This document shows positions 12,264 through 24,344 of a DNA stretch of 40,885 bases, one piece after another. A program made the translations under genes and the position numbers. The DNA lies in assembly GCA_947177385.1 (NCBI GenBank), contig CAMWTZ010000001.1, positions 1-40,885 of the forward strand, given 5' to 3'. Position 1 is the stretch's first letter. Each line of letters starts with the position of its first letter. Under the pieces are notes generated by a model. The model ran no database searches. It worked only from the letters and a program-made list of their open reading frames with translations, and had not been told where the DNA came from. The stretch is from an uncultured Mycoplasmataceae bacterium (lineage in GTDB: Bacteria; Bacillota_I; Bacilli_A; Mycoplasmatales; Mycoplasmoidaceae).

Positions 12264-14822
12264 TTATCCTTTAGAAACAGATAATTCAGAAATAAAATTA
12301 CTATCAATTTGTTTTCATTCATCTGATTTGGTTTTATTATTTGACAACAATTGTCAAATTTCATGTTTATTATCATTGTTAAAAATTTGATCCATATAAT
12401 CTTTTTGAATTTCTGGATTATCTAAATTTTGAGTTGTATTTTTTTCTTTAGATATGGTATCATTAACATCTTTAAATTGAAATAATAAATTAATTATTTC
12501 TGTTATTGATTTACTTGCAACACTATGTTTCAACTGAGAAAATAAATTGTCAACTTCATCAATATAAATATTAAGTGGTGATTTTTGTTCATATGCACGT
12601 AAATTAACTGATTCACGAACCTTACCAACAATATCTAAATGTCGTGTTCATGCGTTATCAATATTGTTTAAAATAATTTGCCGAGCAAATTGATTAAAAT
12701 ATTCAACTGAAACTATCTCTACTTCATCAGAAATTAATTTTTTAATTTTTTCAAAAATAAAATCAATTATAGCGTCTCTATTAAAAGTTAATAATTCTTT
12801 TTCTTCTATGACAATTTTTTTAAAAAATAAATTATTAATTTCTTTTGTTAAAGGTTCTAAATTAAATGTATCAGTATTGATTTGATTACGATTATTTTCT
12901 ACTATTTCAGTAATTAGAGATTTAGACATAGCTTGAATTAATGGTAATAAATTTTTGGATAATAAAATTTTGTCACGTTGTTTATAAATTAATTCACGTT
13001 GAGAACTTAAGACTGAGTCATAATCGATTAAATTTTTTCTTGTATCAAAATTTAATCCTTCAACTCTTTTTTGTGTTGTATTCAGTAAACTAGAAAAGAA
13101 TTTTAAATCAATATAAGTATCATCAATTTTTTGATTTGCTTTTTGGTAGCGATCTCCGGCAAAACGTTTAAATAAACTATCTTGCATACTAATAAAGAAA
13201 CGTGATTCACCTGGATCACCTTGTCTACCTGCCCGACCTCGTAATTGGTTATCAATACGACGAGATTCATTACGTTCAGTACCAATTACATATAAACCAC
13301 CCAATGCACGTACTTCATCATCAATTTTAATATCTGTACCACGACCCGCCATATATGTAGCAATTGTTACTTGGTTTTTTTCACCAGCATGTTTAATAAT
13401 TTCAGCTTCACTAGCATGATTTTTAGCATTTAAAAGTTGGTGTGGTATTCCAACACGTTGTAATAATAAATGTAATATTTCTGATTCTTCTACCGCTGCT
13501 GTTCCAATTAGAATTGGTTGTCCAGTTTTATGACGTTTAATAATTTCAGCAACAATAAATTTTCACTTCGTTTTTTTATCACCAAAAATATAATCTGATT
13601 CATCAATTCTTTGGATGGGTTTATTTGTAGGAATTCGAACTACAACCATATTGTAAATATTTAATAACTCTTCACTTTCAGTAGCTGCTGTACCAGACAC
13701 ACCTGATAGACGAGTATACAAACGAAATAATGATTGATATGTGATTGTAGCAACTGTAAAATTTTCAGGTTGAATGGGAACAAATTCTTTTGCCTGAATC
13801 GCTTGTTGCAATCCAGCACTATAACTACGTCCCTCCATAATACGACCTGTAAATTGGTCTACAAGCATAATTTCGTCTTCACCTTTTGAATTTTTACGAA
13901 CAATATATTCTTTACCATTAGAGAATACAAATACAGCTTTTAGTGAATTTAAAATTTTATGTAATAAATCACTATTTTCTAAATCATAAATATTTTTGAC
14001 ATCAAAATATTCTTGGGCTTTGTCTGCTCCAGAATCTGACAAAGTGATTGAGTAAGATTCATCATCTATTATGTAATCATGATTTTGTAATGTCTTAACA
14101 AAACTATCAACTTTAATATAGTTACTAACATCAGATGTTGGTGATCCAGAAATGATTAATGGAGTACGAGCTTCATCAATCAAAACTGAATCGGCTTCAT
14201 CAACAATAGCAAAATTTAATCCTCGTTGAACTTTATCTTCATATCTTGTTACCATATTGTCACGTAAATAATCAAATCCTAATTCTGAATTAGAACAATA
14301 AGTTATATGACAATTATAATTTTTACGTTTTTCATCCGGATTCATTGCTGCTTTTATGTATCCAACTTGTAAACCAAGTAAATTTAAAACACTAGCAGAA
14401 AATTGTGCATCACGTTCAACTAAATATTCATTAACAGAAACAATATGTACACCTTTTTCTGTTAATGATGCAACAAACGATGCGAGAACTAATGTCAGTG
14501 TCTTCCCTTCCCCAGTCATCATTTCAGCAAAATCACCAAAATAAACGATAATTGCACCAATTAATTGGACACGATATGCTCGCATTTTATGAACTTGACT
14601 AAATGCTTCTCTAATAATACATAAAGCATCAATCAAAAGATCATCTAATGTATATTTGTCAGTTTTTAATTTCTCAATTAAAATAGCAGTTTGATCACGT
14701 AATTGTTCTATTGTATAAGATTTAAATTCTTCTTCACGTGCTAAAACTTTATCAGCAATAATTGTTGCCTTCTTTAAAATTCGTGATTCAGGTGTTACTT
14801 TATTAAATAAATTAAAACGCAT
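12264..14822 (-). CDS. secA: Preprotein translocase SecA, 852 aa
   Basis: EMMTGEGKT, VNEYLVERDA, FDYLRDNM, VDEADSVLIDEARTPLIISG, MAGRGTDI, RIDNQLRGRAGRQGDPG; TAA 12264-12266. Confidence 0.97.
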
Positions 14823-15838
14823 TAACTACCTCAAGATAACTCGTCAACTGTTTTAGGTTTAGAATTACGTTCAATTGATGCAATAGCACCTGATTTAAAT
14901 TTAATAACTAAATCTCCTAATCCAGCAAAGATTGGGTTATGAGTAACTATAATAACTGTTGTCTGATATTTTTTGTTAATATTAACAAATTCTTTAATAA
15001 CCATTTTACTCATATCTTCATCAATTGCGCCTGTTGGTTCATCACCAAATAAAATAGTAGGGTTTTTTGCAAATGCACGAGCGATTGAAACACGTTGTTG
15101 TTGACCACCAGATAATTGATAAGGGAATTTATCTTTATGTTGTCACATATCAAAACTTTTTAAAACTTCTTCTAGATTTAAACGTTTAGTTTTATCTTCT
15201 TGTAAGTCTGATCCAACTTCAACATTTTCTTTAACAGTTAAATTAGGAAGTAAGCCATATTGTTGAAAAACATATCCAACATTTTTCTTTCTAAATTTTG
15301 TTAATTCTGAATCTTTTAAGTTAATTAAATTTGTACCACATACATTTGTAATACCAGACGACGCACGATCTAAACCAGAAATAATATTCATTAATGTAGT
15401 TTTACCTGAACCAGATGGACCTAAAATAATAACAAAGTCACCCTTTTTGATTTCTAAATTAATGTCATTCAAAATTTTATTAACAATATAACCATTCGTA
15501 AAATATTTACAAACATTTGTTAATTCAATAATATTTTCAGGATTTTTAAATTCAATATTTTTTGGACCTATATGTGGTTTATTTAATTTATTAATTTGTT
15601 TAATTTTATCTTTAACTTTTTTTCTATCAGCACGTGATAAAGATTTGAAATGTTTTATTTCTTTTAAATGTTCTTGTAATTTATTAGTGTTTTTCTTTTT
15701 GTTGTTTGTGTCTTCTTTTTCGCCTAAAATAACTTTATTTTTAGTATTTTTAGAAACTCTTTTTGTCTTAGAAACATCGACAACATCAGTTTTTGTTATT
15801 TTTTTTGTTTTCGAAGTATTATTTTCTAATTTTTTCAT
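14822..15838 (-). CDS. ABC transporter ATP-binding protein (LolD/MacB-like) with an ~100-aa Lys-rich N-terminal extension, 338 aa
   Basis: GPSGSGKTT, VGYVFQQYGLLPNLTVKENV, LSGGQQQRVSIARA, FGDEPTGAID, IIVTHN; its stop overlaps the secA start (TAATG). Confidence 0.92.
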
Positions 15839-15882
15839 AATTATTTACCTTTATAACAAACAAAATAATATATTCTATTATT

Positions 15883-16671
15883 TTAGCATTTTAGTTTAAA
15901 TACACTATAAACATTCTTCATTAAATTAGCATTTAATTCATCTATTGAAATTTCAAAAAGATTAGACAAGAATTCGTTTATGACAATTACATTTGATGGA
16001 TAATTAGTTTTGCCACGATATGGAACTGGTGATAATCAAGGGGCATCTGTTTCTGTTAATAATCTGTTCAATGGAATTTGTTTAATCGTTTGACGAAGAC
16101 TTTCATTAGGTTTGAAAGTTGCTGCACCACCTACAGAATAATAGCAATTTAATTCTAAATATTTGTTTAACTCATCAGAATTAGCAGAAAAACAATGAAC
16201 TATAAATTTTAAATTTGTATCTTTATATTTTTTAATAATTTCAATTGCATCTAGATGAGCATCACGAATATGCATCATCACTGGTAAATCTAGTTTCAAT
16301 GCTAATTCAATTTGGGCAATAAACAATTCTTTTTGTAACAATTTTATTTCATCTGTTGATTCATAATAGTAATCTAAGCCGCATTCACCAATTGAAATTA
16401 TTTTATCTTTATTTGATAAATATAATTCTTCTAATCGTGAAATTTCATTTTTAATATTAAGATGATATTTTGCATTTTCAGGATGTATACCAATAGTTGC
16501 ATAACTTAATTTATTTTGTCTTGCATGTTCTACTGCTAAAACACTAGATTCGAAACTACAACCTACAATATTTATTCCTAAATTATTTTCAATATTTGTC
16601 TTAAAAATATCTTCTAATTCATTTAATAAAGGTTCGTAATTTGTGTGTGTGTGACAATCAAAATATTTCAT
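15883..16671 (-). CDS. tatD: TatD-family hydrolase/DNase, 262 aa
   Basis: FDCHTH, IGIHP, IGECGLDY, MHIRDA, VHCFS, LLTETDAPWL; ATG 16671 just after the mnmE stop. Confidence 0.93.
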
Positions 16672-16672
16672 A

Positions 16673-18010
16673 TTATTTACCCAAGCAAAATTTATTAAAT
16701 AATTCATCTAAAAAATCATAATTATAATCAATTCCTAGGATTTTATTTAGACTTGATAATGCTAAATTATATAACTCAATAATTAAATCTAATGGATCAG
16801 TTAAAATTTGTTGTCTTGCCTCTTTTAATCTTTCTATTGCATTTGCTAATAAACCAATATGTTGAGAAGATTGTAAAACATTCATATTTGAGTCTAATAA
16901 TTCATTAACTTCAAAATACTCTTTTATTTTATAGATTAATGGATCTATTAAATTATCTTTGGCATTTATTAATACTTCATTAGTAGATAATTTTATTTTA
17001 GTATTAAGAAGATCTGCTTTTGTTCGCACAATGATATATTTTTTTGATCCTATTAATTTAATAGTATTGTCTAATCAAATTGGATCATTTTTATTAATTG
17101 GTTGCAAAATTAATACTAAATCAGCAATTTTAAGAATTTCATGTGCTTTTTCAATACCTAGGCGTTCCAATTCATCAGTAGTTTCTCTAATTCCTGCAGT
17201 GTCATAAAGATTAAGAGTTATATCATCAATTGTTACACTTGCTTCAATAACATCCCTAGTTGTGCCTGGGATGTTGCTAATAATTGCTTTATTTGAATTA
17301 GTCATTGCATTTAGTAACGTAGATTTACCTGCATTTGGTTCACCAAAAATAATAACTTTAATACCGTTATTAATATTAATAAATCGATTAGAATCAATTA
17401 AAATTTGTTCTAATTCTTTAATCAAATTATTTGTAATTTCTAATGCATTTTGTGAAGTTATTTCAATAATATCTTCATATTCAGGATAATCGATATTAAC
17501 TTCAATTTGTCCGATTAACTCAAATAGTGCATCACGAGCTTTTTGAATCGATTTACTAGGAACACCTAGTAGTGCATTAATAGAACCTTTTAAGCCAATA
17601 TTGTTTTGAGCATGAATTAAATTATTGATAGCTTGACTTTGTGACAAATCTAATTTTTTATTAAATAATGCTCGTTTTGTAAACTCTCCTCGAGTTGCAT
17701 AAACACATCCATGTTTAATTAATATTTGCAAAATTTTATCTGCAATTAATACTCCACCATGGCAATTAATTTCGATCACATCTTCGCCTGTGTAACTTTT
17801 TGGTTGAACAAATGAATTGATAAGAACATCATCAATTTTTTCATCATTATCAATTATTAAACGATGGAAAATCTTGTTACCTTCATAATTAATTGGTTTA
17901 TTTAAAATTTTATTAATAATAGAAAATGATGAAGGTCCAGATATTCTAATAATGTGTATTGCACAATTTAATCGAGCTGTTGCTAATGCGCATATTGTTG
18001 TATTAAACAT
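16673..18010 (-). CDS. mnmE: tRNA modification GTPase MnmE, 445 aa
   Basis: SYTGEDVIEINCHGG, GEFTKRA, GEPNAGKSTLLN, PGTTRD, DTAGIR, TKADL, terminal FCLGK. Confidence 0.96.
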
Positions 18011-18023
18011 ACAATTATTCCCT

Positions 18024-18791
18024 TTAATAAAAAATTGACATTAATTTAGAAATAATAAGAGACTTATTAATATTTAAATTAAATGTTTCCAAGATACCTA
18101 AAATTTGCTGTACTTCTTTTTCATTTGCAACAGAAATTAATGATTGCAAAAATAATTTTATGTCTAAATAAGATCAAGTTTTAAAAGATTCATTTAAACT
18201 ATTAAAATTACTTATTTCTTTTTTAATAAAGAAATTAATTGCTTGTTTAAATTGTTGATATTTTTCAGAATTAATAAATTCTAATAATTCATCATTGTAA
18301 AAAATATTAAAAGCTCAAGTTTCTAAATCTGGATTTTCTTTACGAATAATCTCAATTAATTCTTGATCTGTTAATAAATTAAAAATTTTGCAACGACTAC
18401 GAATTGTATATGGAATATTATTAAGAGAATTGGTTGTTAATACTCCATATACATTTGGTAATGGTTCTTCGATAAATTTTAATAAGCAATTAAAAGCTTC
18501 TTTTGTTGACATTTCAAAATTACTAATGTAATAAAATTTTTTATTATTCTCATCAATACTAGTAAAAGAACAAAATTCTTGTAAATCTATTGCATTTTGC
18601 TTTTTAAAACTTGATTTACTGCAATCAAAATAATAAAGATCTAAATAATCACTTAATTTCTTTATTTGAATAGAGTTTTTCTTTTCAATATAAAGTTGCA
18701 TAAATTTATTGGCATTACTATTAAAATTCATTACTAATATAATAGGTTGATTAGATAAATCATCAATTTGTAAAATATTGTCAATTGTCAT
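18024..18791 (-). CDS. holB: DNA polymerase III delta' subunit (short mycoplasma form), 255 aa
   Basis: AFNCLLKFIEEP and TIRSRC motifs; located between tmk and mnmE. Confidence 0.85.
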
Positions 18792-18793
18792 AA

Positions 18794-19441
18794 TTATTTA
18801 TTGAAATTAAGAATATGTGATAAACAAATATTAACAATTTCTTTTTCACTTAATTCAGCATTTATAATTACAACATTTGGTTTACCAGTTAAATGCAAAT
18901 TGTAAAAATTTGATACTGCGTTATGGAAAGAAATGTCTTGCTGATCAAATCTATTAGTTTCACGATTATTTGAATTAATTCGATTTAAACCAATTTCTGG
19001 ATCAATTTTAAGATAAAAAATTATATCTGGTTCCAAACCTCCTGTAGCAATTTTGTTTATTGTTGTGACATTTTCACCAATTTTTTTAACATATTGTTGA
19101 TAAACAATTGACGAATCTACAAAGCGATCACATAAAACTATTCCATTATTATCTAAAACCGGTTTAATTGTTTGTATGACATGAGCGCTTCTTGCACTTG
19201 CAAACAAAAATGCTTCTGTTAATGGTGGAATTTCAAAGTCATTGGATAAAACTAATTCACGTAATTTTTCTGCTAATTTATTATTTATTCCACCTGGTTC
19301 ACGTGTTTTTATAACTTTAGAATAATTAATTTCTTTATTAATAATCAGTTTATTTATTTCTTCATATAAAAGTGTAGCTATTGTGGATTTCCCACTACCT
19401 TCACAACCTTCAAAACTAACAAATAAACCTGAATGCTTCAT
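18794..19441 (-). CDS. tmk: Thymidylate kinase, 215 aa
   Basis: FEGCEGSGKST, TREPGG, LFASAR, LCDRFVDSSIVYQ; ATG 19441 preferred over upstream TTG 19456, which overlaps serS. Confidence 0.95.
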   Translation of the reverse strand: MKHSGLFVSFEGCEGSGKSTIATLLYEEINKLIINKEINYSKVIKTREPGGINNKLAEKLRELVLSNDFEIPPLTEAFLFASARSAHVIQTIKPVLDNNGIVLCDRFVDSSIVYQQYVKKIGENVTTINKIATGGLEPDIIFYLKIDPEIGLNRINSNNRETNRFDQQDISFHNAVSNFYNLHLTGKPNVVIINAELSEKEIVNICLSHILNFNK

Positions 19442-19448
19442 ATATAAA

Positions 19449-20717
<1,269 letters not shown>

Positions 20718-20719
20718 GA

Positions 20720-22957
20720 TTATTTTGTCTTTCCATCTGTTAATTCTTCATTTGAATCTTCTTTATTAGAATCAGAAGAATTATCCGTTTTAGCTTTATT
20801 ATCTTTTTCGTTTGCTTTTTTGGCTTCTATTGCTTCTGGTGGTAATTCCAGATTATTATGAATGTAATCAATTTGTTCTTTAACTATTGTTTCCAATAAC
20901 ATTAATGTTTCAACAATTAAATCCAATTCTTTACGATGATTTTTAATAATATTTTTTGCTTTGGTATATTCTGATTGGATAATAGTTTCGATTTCTTTGT
21001 CTAATTCACGAGCCGTTTCTTCACTATACATTTTTTGTTGCAATGGAGATGTTTGACCTTCTGATGGGACAAATTGAGTTAACCCCATTTTACTCATTCC
21101 TAAAGACATAACCATCGCTTTAACAATTCGAGAAACTTTATATAAATCGTTTGAAGCACCTGTGGTAATTTTATCTAAACCATAAACAACCTCTTCTGCA
21201 GCTCTACCACCCAAAGTCATTCGAACTTGATTTAATAAATCTTCTTTTGTTTGAATAGATTTTTCTTGTTCAGATGGAGTTTGCATTGTATAACCAGCAG
21301 CATCACCACGAGGAATAATAGTAATTTTTTGAACTACTTCTGTGTTTTCAGAATGTAATCCAACAAGGGCATGACCACCTTCATGGTAAGCAATTTGGCG
21401 TTTTTCAGATTCACTAATTACACGACCACGACGAGCAGGCCCGCCAATAACACGATCAATTGCTTCATCAATATCTGATGTCTTAATAACAATCTTATTG
21501 TTACGAACAGCAAGAATGGCTGCTTCATTTAGAACGTTTTCCAATTGAGCTCCACTAAATCCAGGGGTACGACGAGCAATATCATGTAAATTGACATCAC
21601 TTGATAAATTTTTATTTTTAGCATGAATTTTTAAAATAGCTTCACGACCTTTAATATCTGGAAGCGTAACTTGAATTTGACGGTCAAAACGACCTGGTCT
21701 TAAAATCGCTTCATCTAATACATCTAAACGATTAGTCGCAGCAATAACAATTACCCCACTATCTGTTGAGAATCCATCCATTTCAGCTAATAATTGGTTA
21801 ATTGTTTGGTCTGCAACACCAGAACCACCACCAACAAAATCATTTTTTCCACGTTTAGCAGCAACTGAATCAATTTCATCAATAAAAATAATAGCTGGAG
21901 CATTTTTACGTGCTTTTGCAAATAATTCACGAACACGTTTAGCCCCAACACCAACTAACATATCTTCAAATGAAGAACCTGATGTTGGAATGAATGCACA
22001 ATTAGCCTCACCTGCAACTGCTTTAGCAATTAAAGTTTTACCAGTTCCTGGAGGTCCATATAAAATTACACCACGAGGAGCACGTGCGCCCATTGCTGCG
22101 TATTTTGATGGATTCTTCACATAATCAACTAATTCAGATAATTCTTCTTTTACTTCATCAATACCTGCAACATCGCTAAAATGAACATTTGTTTTTGTTT
22201 CTTTAAAGTTGGTTTTACCCGCACCAAATAATCCATCCATCCCGCCTGACATTTGACGACGAGTCATTGAAAATATCGAAACAAAAATAATAATTAATAC
22301 AATTGTTGGAACTAATGATACTAATAGTCCTAATCAGTCAAATGCTTGTGGTCTTGTAGTTGCTATATTTCTACCATTATCTAAAATATTAAAAAATATT
22401 TGAGAATTATTTGATATATCATCTATTCCATTAATTTCAATCGTACCAGAAGAGATATTTCTTCTAATTTTAGTTAAGCCAATTCTATATTCTTCAACAC
22501 TATTTCCTGCTTCTACTAAATTTGGTTTATATAAAACATCAATTGCAATTGGTAGTGTATTTGTAGTAGTTCTAAAATAATATGTATATTGGTTTTGTGT
22601 TGCACGATAATATACTGATAATAATGAAGTTGAATTATTTTCAACAATATATGAATTTTTTGAGTCTGTAAAATTAATATTATTACCACTAATATTAACA
22701 GTTGTGTTATTAGATAGTGTGATTTCGGTTTGTCTTGTACACGAAACAACAATTGGTGCAATAATAGCAGCCAATATTCCTAAACCTAATCCTCATCACA
22801 AAAGTTTTTTAAAAATAGATTTATTTCTATTTCCGTCACCAGAAGATGAATTTGACTGATTTTTAGGTTGAGCTAATTTATCAGATGCTTTTTCTTTTGT
22901 CAATGAATTTTCAGCTGTTGTCTTAAATAATTTAATTTTTTTAATTCATTTATACAT
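20720..22957 (-). CDS. ftsH: ATP-dependent zinc metalloprotease FtsH, 745 aa
   Basis: Two hydrophobic segments, GPPGTGKT, IFIDEID, ATNR...LRPGRFDR, HEGGH zinc motif; ATG 22957 in frame via TGA read-through. Confidence 0.96.
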
Positions 22958-23531
22958 TGCAACTTTTTCCTTTTTTGTCTGTTTTATTTGATTCAATACA
23001 CTCTGGTTTTAGACAACCAATGAAATTATAATTTCTCATTATTTCCTTATAATCTAATCCAAATCCTACAATAAATTTATTAGGAATTGTAAAACATGAA
23101 TAATCTGCATTTAGTTCAACTTTTCGACCTTCTGTTTTATCTAATAAAGTAACTAAACGAATTGATTTTGGTTTACGTGCTTTTAATAATTCAATAATTT
23201 TTTTAAGTGTTCTTGCTGTATCTATAATATCTTCTAAGATAATGACATCTCGATCTTTAATATTGCATGTTAAATCAAGAGATATTTTGATATCATTCGA
23301 GCCATTAGTTCCACCTTTAAAAGAACTTGCGGACATAAAATCTAGTTCAAAATCAAAATTTAATAATGTTGAAATTTGCCCAATAAAGGGTATACATCCT
23401 TTTAAAACACCAATAATAATTGGAGTTTTACCTTTGTATTCTTTATTTAGTCATTTTGCTGTATTTTTAATGCCCTTCTTAATTTGACGAGCACTTATTA
23501 AAATTTCAAAAATACGATTATCTTTTTTCAT
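22950..23531 (-). CDS. hpt: Hypoxanthine phosphoribosyltransferase, 193 aa
   Basis: GVLKGCIPF, VIILEDIIDTARTL (PRPP-binding), FIVGFGLDY; overlaps the ftsH start by 8 bp. Confidence 0.95.
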
Positions 23532-23571
23532 ATAAAATATTTTATTTTATATTATAAGATTTATTTTTGTT

Positions 23572-24042
23572 TTAAAAGTTAATATTAAGTTTTTGAATAA
23601 TTGTATTAGCATAACAAGTTATTGAACTTGTATCATTCTTTTCAAATCTTGTAAATTTTAAAGTTATTTGTGTATTTTGAATAACTTTTTTTAAATTATC
23701 CAAAATTTGAGAGCGATAATTTGCAAAATAAATACAATCACAAATAATAGTTATATCAATATTATTTATTACATATTTTTTATTCATTAAATTTAAGACA
23801 TAATCAATAATTTTTCTACTATCTATATTTTTATTATTCGAATCAGTATCAGGAAATATTTCACCTAAATCATTTGAACCAATTGCACCTAACAATGCTT
23901 CTGCAATTGCATGATAAACAATATCACCATCTGAATGTGCAACAATTTTATAACCAAGTTTTAATTTTTGTCCACCAATTTTTTGATAATCATTTGTTTT
24001 TTCTAATAAATGATTATCAATTGCAAAACCAATTAAATACAT
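23572..24042 (-). CDS. ispF: 2-C-methyl-D-erythritol 2,4-cyclodiphosphate synthase (IspF/YgbB family), 156 aa
   Basis: IGFAIDNH, AHSDGDIVYHAIAEALLGAIG..DLGEIFPDTD, INNIDITII. Confidence 0.85.
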   Translation of the reverse strand: MYLIGFAIDNHLLEKTNDYQKIGGQKLKLGYKIVAHSDGDIVYHAIAEALLGAIGSNDLGEIFPDTDSNNKNIDSRKIIDYVLNLMNKKYVINNIDITIICDCIYFANYRSQILDNLKKVIQNTQITLKFTRFEKNDTSSITCYANTIIQKLNINF

Positions 24043-24341
24043 AATATATTTTCCTCTTTACCAATATATTCAAAATAATATTGGATTTTATTGGATAGAG
24101 ATATATTTTCTTTATTTATTAATAAAAATTTAAATTTTAAATTAGATTGATTCAATTCTTCTATTGAATAAAATACACCAAAAGATAATTGATTATTTTT
24201 TAATAAAGTAAAAATTAATCCAGCAATTAAACTAATGCAATTGCTTGAAATAATATTAAAATTATCTAAATTGAGATCATTAAATTTATCAATTGCAATA
24301 TTTAATAGGTTACGATAATATTTTGCTTGAATGCATTCCAT
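24033..24341 (-). CDS. Hypothetical protein, 102 aa
   Basis: ATG 3 nt after the uvrA stop; its stop overlaps the ispF start; fills the gap exactly. No motif recognised. Confidence 0.65.
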   Translation of the reverse strand: MECIQAKYYRNLLNIAIDKFNDLNLDNFNIISSNCISLIAGLIFTLLKNNQLSFGVFYSIEELNQSNLKFKFLLINKENISLSNKIQYYFEYIGKEENILCI

Positions 24342-24344
24342 TAT

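Noticed and set aside
12264-12650. SecA lacking the C-terminal zinc-binding motif
   Set aside because: Common in mollicute SecA proteins; not distinctive.
16642-16653. (TG)6 dinucleotide run as a phase-variation tract in tatD
   Set aside because: It encodes the conserved CHTHT metal-binding motif; it is short and explained by protein sequence.
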